Part shown: positions 49,893-59,555 of the stretch, one piece after another | Layout of the letters: each line of letters begins with the position of its first letter | Numbering within the stretch: the stretch's first letter is position 1 | From: Verrucomicrobiota bacterium | GTDB taxonomy: Bacteria > Verrucomicrobiota > Verrucomicrobiia > Opitutales > Cerasicoccaceae | Reading direction: 5' to 3' | Length of the DNA: 64,000 bases | NCBI GenBank assembly: GCA_039818205.1 | Contig: JBCBUK010000006.1 | Coordinates: 192,001-256,000, forward strand | The notes under the pieces: generated by a model | The model's input: only the letters and a program-made list of their open reading frames with translations | Database searches by the model: none | Told to the model about the DNA's origin: nothing | Made by a program: the position numbers and the translations under genes

Positions 49893-51023
49893 ATGACAGA
49901 ATCCTTCCAATTGCTCCAGGGTGAGGCTAATGGACCGCGGCGTGGGCGGTTGTTGACACGCCATGGTACCGTCGAGACCCCAATATTCATGCCGGTTGGC
50001 ACGCAAGCGACGGTGAAGGCGTTGACACCGGCCCATCTGGAGGATGTGGGATCGCAGATCATACTGGGGAATACTTATCACCTCAATCTCCGGCCTGGAT
50101 CGGAATTAGTCCGGGATCTTGGCGGTTTGCACAAGTTTATGAGCTGGGATCGCCCAATTCTAACTGATAGCGGAGGGTTTCAGGTCTTCAGCCTCGCGAA
50201 ACTTCGCAAGATCACGGACACCGGCATCGCCTTTCAGTCACACATCGATGGTCGAAAAATCTTTCTAGGCCCACGCGAGTGTTTCGATATCCAGCGCAAC
50301 TTGGGCTCGGACATCGCGATGGTGCTTGATGAGTGTCCGCCCTGGCCCTGCAGCGAGGAAGATTGTCGCGGTGCGGTTGACCGCACGATTCGCTGGGCAC
50401 GGGAGTTTAAAGACATTGCTGCGGGGGAAGGGTGGCTCGATGCGGGCCACCATGCCTTCGGCATCGTGCAGGGATCAATTTATGAGGATCAGCGCAAGGA
50501 ATGTGCTCAGGCACTAGTCGAGATCGGATTTCCCGGTTATGCGATCGGCGGGGTGAGCGTTGGTGAGCCCGAGCCGGAGATGCTTCGGCAAGTCGGTGCG
50601 AGTATTCCGGAGCTGCCCGCCGATAAGCCTCGCTACGTCATGGGTGTGGGCACGCCGCCGCAGCTCTTGAAGATGATCGCCCTCGGTGCCGACATGTTCG
50701 ACTGCGTCATGCCGACCCGCCTGGCGCGCCACGCGAACGTCTTTACCCCGCACGGAACGATTAATTTGCGCAATGAGCGGTTCAAGTATGATGAGTCGCC
50801 GATCGTCGAAGGCATGGACAACTACACCTGCCAGACCTTCTCCCGAGCGTATCTGCGACACCTCATCATGTCCAATGAGCTACTCGCTCACACCTTGCTC
50901 AGCTTGCACAATGTGCACTTTTTCCTGGATTTGATGGCGCAAGCTCGGAGCCATATAGAGAAAGGAACCTACCTGGAGTGGAGTAAGGCCTGGGTAGAAT
51001 CCTTCAATTCCGGGGGTGAATGA
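49893..51023 (+). CDS. tgt: Queuine tRNA-guanine transglycosylase
   Basis: TPIFMPVGT, NTYHL, TDSGGFQVFSL, GIVQG, MGVGTP, DMFDCVMPTR. Confidence 0.97.
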   Translation: MTESFQLLQGEANGPRRGRLLTRHGTVETPIFMPVGTQATVKALTPAHLEDVGSQIILGNTYHLNLRPGSELVRDLGGLHKFMSWDRPILTDSGGFQVFSLAKLRKITDTGIAFQSHIDGRKIFLGPRECFDIQRNLGSDIAMVLDECPPWPCSEEDCRGAVDRTIRWAREFKDIAAGEGWLDAGHHAFGIVQGSIYEDQRKECAQALVEIGFPGYAIGGVSVGEPEPEMLRQVGASIPELPADKPRYVMGVGTPPQLLKMIALGADMFDCVMPTRLARHANVFTPHGTINLRNERFKYDESPIVEGMDNYTCQTFSRAYLRHLIMSNELLAHTLLSLHNVHFFLDLMAQARSHIEKGTYLEWSKAWVESFNSGGE

Positions 51024-51071
51024 AGATTAGTATGGCCCTGGACCTTCAATTGGTCCATATGTTTCACTGAT

Positions 51072-51728
51072 ATGACAGACTCTACCCCGATTCGTGTCCT
51101 TATCGTTGATAAATACGAACTTACGCGCATTGGAATACGCCACCTTTTGTCGCAGCATAGTGACTTTCAGGTCGTAGGTGATACGGGTGATTCCGATGAA
51201 GCGTTGTCGATTTATGAGCGCACGCATCCCGACCTCGTGATGTTGGATTTGGCTGTCTCTGGAGGCAGCGGAGCCGGAATGTTACGCCGTTTTCGTGAGT
51301 CACAGGGAAAGGCTCGCTTTTATGTTCTGTCCTCCTGTGAGGATGACTCTGCAATGATCGACGCCTTTTCCGCGGGCGTTGATGGCTTCGTTAATAAGGC
51401 CTCAACTGCGGATGAGGTGTTGAAGTCTCTGCGAGAAGTTGCGGAAGGTCAAACGGTGCTCGATCCTCGTTTGACGGATCAGGTCGTTAATTTCATGCGC
51501 TCTGGCCCCGGCGACAAGACGGCGCATCTCGTGGAGAGCTTGAGCGTTCAGGAGCGCCGTGTGCTTGAACACGTCGCCCGAGGCCTCTCCAACAAGGAAG
51601 TGGCGAAGGCTTTGAGCCTGAGCGAAAAGACGATCAAGAACTACTTTAGCAACGTGCTCAGTAAGCTCTCTGCTTCGCGGCGCACAGAAGCCGCCGTCAT
51701 CTACTGGAAATACGAGAGCAGCCGCTAG
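51072..51728 (+). CDS. NarL/LuxR family response regulator (orphan)
   Basis: Receiver domain (PDLVMLD, FVNK) plus LuxR HTH GLSNKEVA..LSEKTIKNY. Confidence 0.9.
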   Translation: MTDSTPIRVLIVDKYELTRIGIRHLLSQHSDFQVVGDTGDSDEALSIYERTHPDLVMLDLAVSGGSGAGMLRRFRESQGKARFYVLSSCEDDSAMIDAFSAGVDGFVNKASTADEVLKSLREVAEGQTVLDPRLTDQVVNFMRSGPGDKTAHLVESLSVQERRVLEHVARGLSNKEVAKALSLSEKTIKNYFSNVLSKLSASRRTEAAVIYWKYESSR

Positions 51729-51739
51729 TTCTAGCGTGC

Positions 51740-53257
51740 TTAGACCGGCGCCTTAAAGGGCGTTTGGGTGAGGCCGGTGGTGATGCCCAGGCCGCGTAGA
51801 CGAGCCTCGACGGCCCAATGGAATAGCTCTTCGTACCTTTCGGCTGAACGGCTCCAGCTGAGGTCCTGGCTCATCGCGTTGTGGCGCAGTTGAGTGATTT
51901 CTTCTGGATGGTCCCACCAAGTTTCATTGGCCCAGCCAATGGTGTAATAGAGCGCGTGGGGGCTCATTTCGTGAAAGCGGAAGCCGGTTCCCTCGCCGCG
52001 CCCGGGGACGTATTGTTCGACACTGTCGACTAGGCCTCCGGTTTCACGGACGATGGGAAGGGTCCCATACTGCATGGAGTACATCTGGTTCAAGCCACAG
52101 GGTTCAAAGCGGCTCGGCATGACGAAGAAATCACTGCCGGCTTCGATCAAGTGGGAGTGCCCATTGTTGTATCCAATGTAGACGCCCACGCGCCCAGGAA
52201 AGCGGGCTGCTAGCTCATTGAACCAACCTTCGAGGCCGGGATCGCCTGATCCCAGGACGACGACTTGGAGGTCCATGTCATTCATGAGCCCCGGAATGAT
52301 TTCGGCAAAAATATCGAGGCCCTTTTGGTCGTATAGGCGTGCGATCGCGGAGAAGATGGGCACGTCAGGCCGCTGCTCCAAGCCAAAGGTTTCTTGTAGC
52401 TTTGCCTTGCATACAGCCTTGCCGGAGATGTCGTCAGCCGTGAAATGGGTTGGAATCATTGGGTCCGTTCCGGGATTCCAGGCATCAGTATCGATTCCAT
52501 TGAGAACGCCGACCAGATCCGCCGAACGGTAGCGAAGGATTCCATCGAGTCCGCAGCCATAGTCCGGGCCTTGAATCTCCCGAGCATAGTGAGGGCTGAC
52601 TGTGGTCAGCTTCGTGGAGTGGTAGAGAGCCCCTTTCATCATATTGAGGGCGCCAGCATGCTCCAGATTGTCTTCGCTGAAGAGCCAGCTAGGGAGCCCG
52701 GCGAAGTCGAGCAGGCCGGGCCCGCTGCGCCCTTGATGTTGCAGGTTGTGAATCGTGAATACACTGGCCGCGCGATGCAATGGAGTCTGGCGCTCGGTCG
52801 TGTTCAGGAACACCGGCAGTAGGCCGACGCCCCAGTCGTGGCAATGAATCACATCTGGCCACCATTGGAGCGAGTGGCAAAAGTCAATCGCAGCCCGGCA
52901 AAGGAAGGTAAACCGCTCGGGATTTCCGCTGCCGCCATCGTAAATGCCGCCACCGTAGAAGAGATTGAATTCGAGAAAGTAAACCTCGGCATCTGAGCCT
53001 GGATACGTCGTTTGCCACAGCTGGGCAAATTCTTCGCGCCCGCCACCAAGATGAACCGACAATGGTTGCTTACGCTGCGCCCAACCCTCTTTCTCGGGAT
53101 CGAGGATACCATACTTTGGGCAGAGTGTTTTAACATCGTGCCCGGCCCGCGCCATTTCTTTGGTGATGGCTCCAGCCACATCTGCCAATCCGCCAACTTT
53201 GGCGTAAGGGGCCAGCTCAGGCGTCACTTGGAGAATCTTCAGGCGTTTGTTGTCCAT
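51740..53257 (-). CDS. glgA: Glycogen synthase
   Basis: KVGGLADV, IHCHDW, TIHNLQHQG, LNGID, QKGLD, MPSRFEPCGLNQ. Confidence 0.96.
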   Translation of the reverse strand: MDNKRLKILQVTPELAPYAKVGGLADVAGAITKEMARAGHDVKTLCPKYGILDPEKEGWAQRKQPLSVHLGGGREEFAQLWQTTYPGSDAEVYFLEFNLFYGGGIYDGGSGNPERFTFLCRAAIDFCHSLQWWPDVIHCHDWGVGLLPVFLNTTERQTPLHRAASVFTIHNLQHQGRSGPGLLDFAGLPSWLFSEDNLEHAGALNMMKGALYHSTKLTTVSPHYAREIQGPDYGCGLDGILRYRSADLVGVLNGIDTDAWNPGTDPMIPTHFTADDISGKAVCKAKLQETFGLEQRPDVPIFSAIARLYDQKGLDIFAEIIPGLMNDMDLQVVVLGSGDPGLEGWFNELAARFPGRVGVYIGYNNGHSHLIEAGSDFFVMPSRFEPCGLNQMYSMQYGTLPIVRETGGLVDSVEQYVPGRGEGTGFRFHEMSPHALYYTIGWANETWWDHPEEITQLRHNAMSQDLSWSRSAERYEELFHWAVEARLRGLGITTGLTQTPFKAPV

Positions 53258-53461
53258 CTGGCAGTCGGTAGGAGGAAATTCTAGGTTTTAGGTGGTTGAT
53301 GGCGAATGATTGCGCAACAGCTTCACTATCGGAACAAAGTTGACCGAGCTAAACATCCGTGGCCAGCCCAGAACGCATGTCCCTTAACATCAATAGCCTG
53401 GGTGCATCGTCCGAATTGATTAGTCGCTGGCAACAGTTTGAATTGGTTCACCGTGCTCGTT

Positions 53462-54277
53462 TTAAGAAGCCTCACGATCTGGAGTTGCGTAAAATGTATA
53501 GAAAGAACCAGCGGCGAAGAACGTGCCATTTTCGTGGGATGATTGCATATAGTCGACCCAGCACTTTGCTTCCGCGTCCGATAGGGCTTTGATGGTTGGC
53601 ATTAGCCGGGCAAACCCGTTCACGCTTGATAGCCAGTAATCACCTTTGCCAGCCTCAGAAATCACGTCAGCGTTGTGACCGGTCAGCGTAAAGCCAGCAT
53701 CTTTCAGGTATCGAGGCAGCTGGCGGCAGATATCGGGGTGGGTGGCAATCGCTGAGGTCAGCAGATGATCGATTCTACGGGTGGTTTCGTACGCGGGCTG
53801 ACTGTAGGTGGTGCCAGCGTGGTCTGCATCAAACACGATCAACCGCCCGTCATTTTTTAGAACTCTGCGCGCCTCGGAAAGAATACTGACCGGCTCCGGC
53901 ACATGACTCAGCAAGGTGTGCATGGTAATCGCATCAAAGCTTGCATCCGCGTAAGGTAGCCGACCGGGAGATAGGTGATCCCATTTGATTCGATCCGAGG
54001 GGCTCAGGCGCGCCGCTTCTTTGAGCAATTCCACGCTAATATCAGCACCGTGCAAACGAGATGATGGGTCTAGCAGTTGCTCCAATTGCCGGATGACCAC
54101 GCCGGTCCCGCATCCCAGGTCGAGGACCGCAAGCGGCCTATGCTTCTCCAACTTGTCGGCATAGTCTTGAATCATCCGCACGAACTGGCCGTTTCTTCCG
54201 CGCTCCTCGAGTCGGGTGGCCATTGCCTCAATGGCGGATTCAGGCTGTCGGTCAGGATCAGTATAAGGATCAGGCAT
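53462..54277 (-). CDS. Class I SAM-dependent methyltransferase
   Basis: VLDLGCGTG, GADIS, LPYADASFD, RVLKNDGRL. Start set to ATG 54277 to avoid overlapping the exosortase. Confidence 0.85.
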   Translation of the reverse strand: MPDPYTDPDRQPESAIEAMATRLEERGRNGQFVRMIQDYADKLEKHRPLAVLDLGCGTGVVIRQLEQLLDPSSRLHGADISVELLKEAARLSPSDRIKWDHLSPGRLPYADASFDAITMHTLLSHVPEPVSILSEARRVLKNDGRLIVFDADHAGTTYSQPAYETTRRIDHLLTSAIATHPDICRQLPRYLKDAGFTLTGHNADVISEAGKGDYWLSSVNGFARLMPTIKALSDAEAKCWVDYMQSSHENGTFFAAGSFYTFYATPDREAS

Positions 54278-54305
54278 CAGAGAGGATTCCCGGCCGAAAG
54301 TCTTC

Positions 54306-55364
54306 CTAGGACGAGGAACCTTCTGTGACGGTCGACGGCGGCCGATCGTCTCCGTTGTAATCTTCATCGAAGAACTCCTCATCGTCGTCTTCGTCGTCAA
54401 AAGTCAGGGTCATTGTGAAAATCGGCAGCAGAGCCAACAAAACGATAACCGTGAGAATGAGGACTGAGTAGCCAGCGATATCATGCACCGACATATTGAT
54501 CATGGCGACCTTCTCATCGATTGCGTGAGGTCCATATTTGTAGGCCCAAGCGGTCAAAAACACACTCCGCAAGATATTCATGAAGAAGGCCAGAAAGCTG
54601 GCTACAATCAGGAGCAAGCACTTCTTCCAGAAACGATCGAGAAAGACAGCGGCCAGGAAAGACCCAGCAAAGATACACGCCGTGAGCGAGCGAATGCCCG
54701 AGCACGCATCGGCGACCCCAACGCTTCCGTGCGGCATGACGAGGATATTACCTTCGCGGACGAGCGTGAAGCCGAGGAAATTAAAGGTATGATAGACGAT
54801 GATCGTTACCCACTCGAGTAGGACGATCTTCACGTCCGAATACATATACATCACCATCGGGGCGGAGATTAGCCAAACCAGCGCTGGGAACAGGAAGGCC
54901 ATGGTGAACTTCAAGCGCTGTGCGAGACCATAAGCGCGACCAGTCACGTCGAACTCGCTGTTCAGGTAGGCGAAACCCATGACGATGCCACCGAACCCCG
55001 CAGCAATCGCGATACTGCCTTGGTTGGATGGTCCTTGGCCGGCCCGAATCAGGGCCCCGGCGGCGAACACGACCAACGAGGCCAACAAACCGAGACCAAA
55101 GCAGATTCCGAAAAATTTCTCCGCGACGGAGGAAGACTTGCCCTGAGGCACCTCCTCTTGGGTGCCCGCTAGGTAGGCGCCGAGTTTCGGCCAGCGGTCG
55201 TAGACCACGTAAGCGGCAAACAGCGGGACTAGGAATCCAAAGCTATAGTCTTCGAGGGTCGACCAATAGAAGTATTGGTCATACGTTACCAACCCGGCGA
55301 ACAAGACAATGAGCCATGCCGTATAGCGGGTTAGGGGGTCCAGCTGTTTAAACTCGGTGGTCAC
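54306..55364 (-). CDS. Exosortase/archaeosortase family protein
   Basis: Multi-TM. REGNIL, VADACSGIRSL (Cys), NILRS (Arg), HDIAG (His). Acidic C-terminal tail. Confidence 0.9.
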   Translation of the reverse strand: MTTEFKQLDPLTRYTAWLIVLFAGLVTYDQYFYWSTLEDYSFGFLVPLFAAYVVYDRWPKLGAYLAGTQEEVPQGKSSSVAEKFFGICFGLGLLASLVVFAAGALIRAGQGPSNQGSIAIAAGFGGIVMGFAYLNSEFDVTGRAYGLAQRLKFTMAFLFPALVWLISAPMVMYMYSDVKIVLLEWVTIIVYHTFNFLGFTLVREGNILVMPHGSVGVADACSGIRSLTACIFAGSFLAAVFLDRFWKKCLLLIVASFLAFFMNILRSVFLTAWAYKYGPHAIDEKVAMINMSVHDIAGYSVLILTVIVLLALLPIFTMTLTFDDEDDDEEFFDEDYNGDDRPPSTVTEGSSS

Positions 55365-55442
55365 GTCGGTGCAAAATGAAGAGCCTGAAAAAAAGGCTCA
55401 GGTCGGCCAAGGGCAATAGCAAACCAGCGATTCTCGGGGGAA

Positions 55443-55928
55443 TCACTCGTTTGCGGCGTCGATTTTTCCTTCCTGGCGCCAGCGATTCCAGTGCTGCTCA
55501 GCCGAGGCGATGAACTTCTCTGGTGACTCCCGGAAGCGCTTGCGCAGCCCCTCATTCTGAAAGACGTAGATCTTGCCCTGGTAAACGAAAAAGCTAGTCG
55601 GGTCGCCGATTCCTGGCTGGGCCGTAGTCGCTCGGTCGGTGAGCCCGGCTATGCACGCGGCACAGTAGCCACCGAATTGGGGGCTGTAGTCTTCGGGGCT
55701 TTCGAGAAAGTCCTGCATGTTTTGCTGGGTCACAAAGCGCCACTCAGCCCCTTGCCAGCTCACGTAGATGTAGGCCGCCCCTTTGGCAAGCTTGCCCTCT
55801 TTCTTGAGCATCACCGGATCATAACCGCCCAGAGCCAGAGACTCAGCTCCAGAGACCGCGATCGGACGAAATCCCGTCGAAAAAGCGACGATCGCGAGTA
55901 AAATTACGGTTGATAGCACGGTTTTCAT
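55443..55928 (-). CDS. Secreted YHS-domain family protein
   Basis: Signal peptide, GGYDPV, GAEWRF, PQFGGYCA, GKIYVF. Confidence 0.8.
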   Translation of the reverse strand: MKTVLSTVILLAIVAFSTGFRPIAVSGAESLALGGYDPVMLKKEGKLAKGAAYIYVSWQGAEWRFVTQQNMQDFLESPEDYSPQFGGYCAACIAGLTDRATTAQPGIGDPTSFFVYQGKIYVFQNEGLRKRFRESPEKFIASAEQHWNRWRQEGKIDAANE

Positions 55929-56033
55929 AAGAATTCTGTCGCTTCAAAAATATGAACCTTTCACTAAGTAGGTGTCCACATGCAAAAATAGGATTTACAA
56001 AAGCGTCACTGAATCCCTTTATCAAACCGGTTT

Positions 56034-56933
56034 ATGAGTTCTGTACCGAACAATCCGCTTACTCCTGAACAGGAAGAATCCCTACGTGACTCGCTCAAGC
56101 GATGCTCGCCTGAGACCATTACCGCAGCGATTGCGTTTCGAAATCAAGGCGACAACAGCCAGGCACCAATGGTGATCATTGGTATCATTGAGCGGTTTTG
56201 TGAGCCCGATGTCCGACCAAAGCTCAAGGAGCCAGGAGCCGACGAGCTGCGTGTGGCTGAGGATCTCGGCGTAGACTCCCTGACGATGGTTGAGGTGGTT
56301 ATGCTTGTTGAAGAGGCCTTGGAGATTACGATCGACAACTCCGAGCTCGGTGACTTGCGCACGATCGGCGACGTGAAGACTTTCGTTGGCTACAAACTTT
56401 CTGGAGAAGCCATGCCGGAGCCGGCTAAGAACATCGAATCCCTTGAGATTCCGGATATCATGCCGCATGGCGATCCGTTTTTGTTCGTTCAGCAGGCAGC
56501 AATTCGTGGCGACGAAATCACCGGCAGCTACAAGATTTCCGGCGAAGAAGACTTCCTGCGCGGCCATTTCAAGGACAACCCAGTTTTCCCCGCGTCGATC
56601 ATGCTTGAGGCATTGGGCCAATTAGCTGTTCTCTATTTGCTTCGGGCCGATGACGAAGCATTGGCTGGCAAGGTTGACCCATCCAAGATTCTTTTCACTT
56701 CTTGCGATGGCGTGCGGTGCTCCCGCGTGTGCAAGCCAGGCGATACGCTTAGCATGTCGGTCAAAGCAAAGAAGATCCGCCACCCGGGAGCCCTGTTTAC
56801 GGGAACCATCTTAGTCGATTCTGAGAAAGCTGTGTTTGCCGAAGAAATTTCGCTGAAGTTTGACTATGCTGAAGGCACGGTGGTTGCTCAAGAAGCTGAG
56901 GGCGAGAGTGCGGATAAACCTGCGGCAGAGTAA
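56034..56933 (+). CDS. Acyl carrier protein fused to a FabZ-type 3-hydroxyacyl dehydratase
   Basis: Phosphopantetheine motif DLGVDSLTMVE, then hot-dog motifs PHGDPFLFV and GHFKDNPVFPASIMLEALGQ in one uninterrupted frame. Confidence 0.87.
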   Translation: MSSVPNNPLTPEQEESLRDSLKRCSPETITAAIAFRNQGDNSQAPMVIIGIIERFCEPDVRPKLKEPGADELRVAEDLGVDSLTMVEVVMLVEEALEITIDNSELGDLRTIGDVKTFVGYKLSGEAMPEPAKNIESLEIPDIMPHGDPFLFVQQAAIRGDEITGSYKISGEEDFLRGHFKDNPVFPASIMLEALGQLAVLYLLRADDEALAGKVDPSKILFTSCDGVRCSRVCKPGDTLSMSVKAKKIRHPGALFTGTILVDSEKAVFAEEISLKFDYAEGTVVAQEAEGESADKPAAE

Positions 56934-56998
56934 GAAGCGTCATTTTGCTCAAAATGAGCCATTGTCAGGACGGAATCCACTGTCCATAGTCTCGGAGC

Positions 56999-58258
56999 AT
57001 GCCAAGAGTAGCGATTACTGGATTAGGTTTCATCACCAGCATCGGAAATGACCAAGCAACTGTTTGCGATAGTCTTCGTGAGCTGAAGCATGGAATAGCC
57101 ATTTCCCCCGAATTTTCGGAACGCGATCCGATCGCGACCCTTGGCACGATCAAAGGATTCGATACCGCATCGAACGATGTCGAAGACTGGACGTATCCGG
57201 AAGAATACACGGTTCGCCGCGAGCACATTCGCAGCATGTCTCCTCACGTTCTGTTTGCCCATTGTGCCCTCGTTCAGGCAATCAAAGATGCGGGCCTTAG
57301 CGATGAGGAAGTCTCGAATCGAGATACCGGCTTGTTTACGGCTTCTGCGGGTTCAGCCCGCGGTATTCACTACAACGTTGAGCGGATGAACTCGATTGGT
57401 ATCGGGCGGGTTTCACCGATGGCGGTGGTGTCTTCCGTGGTCGGGACTCTTTCTTTTAATCTGGTTGCCAGTTTTAAGATCAAGGGTGCCTCCGGTGGAT
57501 TTGCTTCCGCGTGTGCATCGTCTGGTCATGCATTGGGTTACGCATTTGATGAGATCAAGCTCGGCCGCCAAAAGCGGGTGTTCGTTGTGGGCGCCGAAGA
57601 TGGCAACCGCGAAGCCATTTTGCCTTTTGCCGGAATGCGGGCGCTCTCCCCGGCGAAAGATCCCGACATCGCGTCTCGCCCATTTGATGCTGCGCGGAAT
57701 GGTTTCGTCGGAACCGGTGGTGGCGCAGTTATTCTTTTGGAAGAGTTGGAAACGGCAAAGGCTCGCGGAGCAAAAATTTACGGTGAGTTGGCCGGTTGGG
57801 GGCAGGCCTCCGACGGCTACAATGTTGCAATCTCCCATCCTGAGGGTCTCGGGCTGGCCGAGGCAATGCGTCGCGCCATGGCGTCGGCGGAAATCACGCC
57901 TGAGCAAGTGGACTATGTAAATGCCCATGCGACCTCCACGCAAATTGGCGATCTCTCGGAGGTCAAGGGATTGAACAAAGCCTTCGAGGGATATTCTCCG
58001 CTCGTTAGCAGCACCAAGGCGTTGACCGGCCATGGTTTGTCCTTGGCGAGCGCTATGGAAACCGGTTTTACCGCGCTGGCGATGAGTGAGAATTTTACGC
58101 CGGGTTCGGCCCACATTGAGACGATCGATCCTAAGATCGAGGGCATCGATGTGCTCTGTGAGAGTCGCGAAGGCGCCCCTAAATATGCGCTGAAGAACAG
58201 CAGTGGGTTTGGCGGTGCGAACGTAACGCTCGTGCTCAAACAGTTCACCGGCTCCTAG
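56999..58258 (+). CDS. Beta-ketoacyl-ACP synthase (FabB/FabF family)
   Basis: SACASSGHA (Cys), SRPFD, YVNAHATST (His), STKALTGH (His), GFGGAN. Confidence 0.93.
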   Translation: MPRVAITGLGFITSIGNDQATVCDSLRELKHGIAISPEFSERDPIATLGTIKGFDTASNDVEDWTYPEEYTVRREHIRSMSPHVLFAHCALVQAIKDAGLSDEEVSNRDTGLFTASAGSARGIHYNVERMNSIGIGRVSPMAVVSSVVGTLSFNLVASFKIKGASGGFASACASSGHALGYAFDEIKLGRQKRVFVVGAEDGNREAILPFAGMRALSPAKDPDIASRPFDAARNGFVGTGGGAVILLEELETAKARGAKIYGELAGWGQASDGYNVAISHPEGLGLAEAMRRAMASAEITPEQVDYVNAHATSTQIGDLSEVKGLNKAFEGYSPLVSSTKALTGHGLSLASAMETGFTALAMSENFTPGSAHIETIDPKIEGIDVLCESREGAPKYALKNSSGFGGANVTLVLKQFTGS

Positions 58259-58875
58259 TCGAGCAGTCCCGCTGGTCCGGCGAATGGATCCATGTTTGGA
58301 TCATTGTTCCAAGTGTACTCGGCGTAGATAGCGGCTTCCTGCGCTCGCTCGCTGCCATGGATCTCAGCGATCAGGGCCAGGGTCATATCCATTCCGGCAG
58401 ATACGCCCGCTGATGTCCACGTATTGCCATCTTGCACCCAGCGGGCGTGCGGAATCCACTTGGTGCTTGGTCCTTGGCTGGTCGCCCAAGTATAGGCCAG
58501 CTTGTTGGTGGTTGCCCGTTTGTTGTTTAGGAGACCCGCCCGAGCCAAGATCCCAGCGCCAGTGCAGATCGAGCAAACGTAGCGGGCGACTGTCGCAAGT
58601 CGGTGGATCTCTTTAAGTGCTTCCGAATTGTTGACAAACTTCCGGGATCCAATGCCACCGGGAACCATCAATATCCCAACCTCGGGTGTTTCGCTGAGTG
58701 CAGATTCTGCGACAATTGATGGGCCTTGGATGCTTGGAACAGCTCCCGTCGATTCGCCGAGGATGATCAATTGGAAGTCCGCGGGATAGTTACCGAGGAA
58801 CTCGAGCGGCCCGAATACATCGAGGAGTTCGAACTCCGGGAAAACGACCATGCCAACGGTAATTGCTTCCTGCAT
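58255..58875 (-). CDS. DJ-1/PfpI family protein
   Basis: FELLDVFGPLE, VPGGIG, SICTGA, TSAGVSAGMD. Confidence 0.9.
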   Translation of the reverse strand: MQEAITVGMVVFPEFELLDVFGPLEFLGNYPADFQLIILGESTGAVPSIQGPSIVAESALSETPEVGILMVPGGIGSRKFVNNSEALKEIHRLATVARYVCSICTGAGILARAGLLNNKRATTNKLAYTWATSQGPSTKWIPHARWVQDGNTWTSAGVSAGMDMTLALIAEIHGSERAQEAAIYAEYTWNNDPNMDPFAGPAGLLD

Positions 58876-58900
58876 GGGCGGAGTTGTCGCAGGAATTAGA

Positions 58901-59542
58901 CTACTTGTCAAAGGCCGCTCGCAAGCTCCGGGTTGCTTGAGCAGTGTCCGAGTCCAGGAGCAGGTCCGAGACCGCTACGAGCGCTTGCGCACCGTCAGAG
59001 ATCACTTGTTGGGCGTTACTGCGTTTGATCCCGCCAATACAGAACCAGGGTAGGGGTGGATGCAGCCCGGCAACGTGTCGAACCAGTTCCAAGCCGACCG
59101 GAACGTAGGTTGGCTTGGTTGGCGTGGCGAAAACGGGGCCGACGGCAAAGTAGTTGAGTCGATGGGCTTGAGCGATGGCTTTGGCAGCTTGGTCCGGGGA
59201 ATGCGTCGACAGACCGAGGATGCGTTCGTCGCCAAGCGCATTGCGGACCTCGGAAACAGGCGCGTCGTCTTGGCCAACGTGGACTCCAACCCCGGGATAC
59301 TCCGCGGCTAACTGCCAGTCGTCATTTAAGACCAATGGGGTCGCGGTGGACTGAAACAGGGGCAAGATCTCTTCAAGGAGGATGCGTCGTTCGTCCCGTG
59401 AAGTGCCCTTGGCTCTAAGCTGGATAATATCGGCTCCTCCGTCGATGAGTTGCTGGCATTTCTTCTGCCACTGGTCGCGCTTAACGTAACCGGTGTCCAG
59501 AATGCCGTAAACACGAGGCGGTTCGGGCCAGGAAAAACGCAT
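58901..59542 (-). CDS. thiE: Thiamine-phosphate synthase
   Basis: QLRAK, LNDD, GVHVGQDD, GLSTH, GPVFATPTK, IGGI. Confidence 0.93.
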   Translation of the reverse strand: MRFSWPEPPRVYGILDTGYVKRDQWQKKCQQLIDGGADIIQLRAKGTSRDERRILLEEILPLFQSTATPLVLNDDWQLAAEYPGVGVHVGQDDAPVSEVRNALGDERILGLSTHSPDQAAKAIAQAHRLNYFAVGPVFATPTKPTYVPVGLELVRHVAGLHPPLPWFCIGGIKRSNAQQVISDGAQALVAVSDLLLDSDTAQATRSLRAAFDK

Positions 59543-59555
59543 ACGGTCGATGAGC

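Noticed and set aside
54278..54400. Extended methyltransferase N-terminus in the ORF track
   Set aside because: It is an alternative frame of the exosortase tail. ATG 54277 is the plausible start.
59543..59555. TPP riboswitch ahead of thiE
   Set aside because: The gap is only 13 nt, leaving no room, and no motif is seen.
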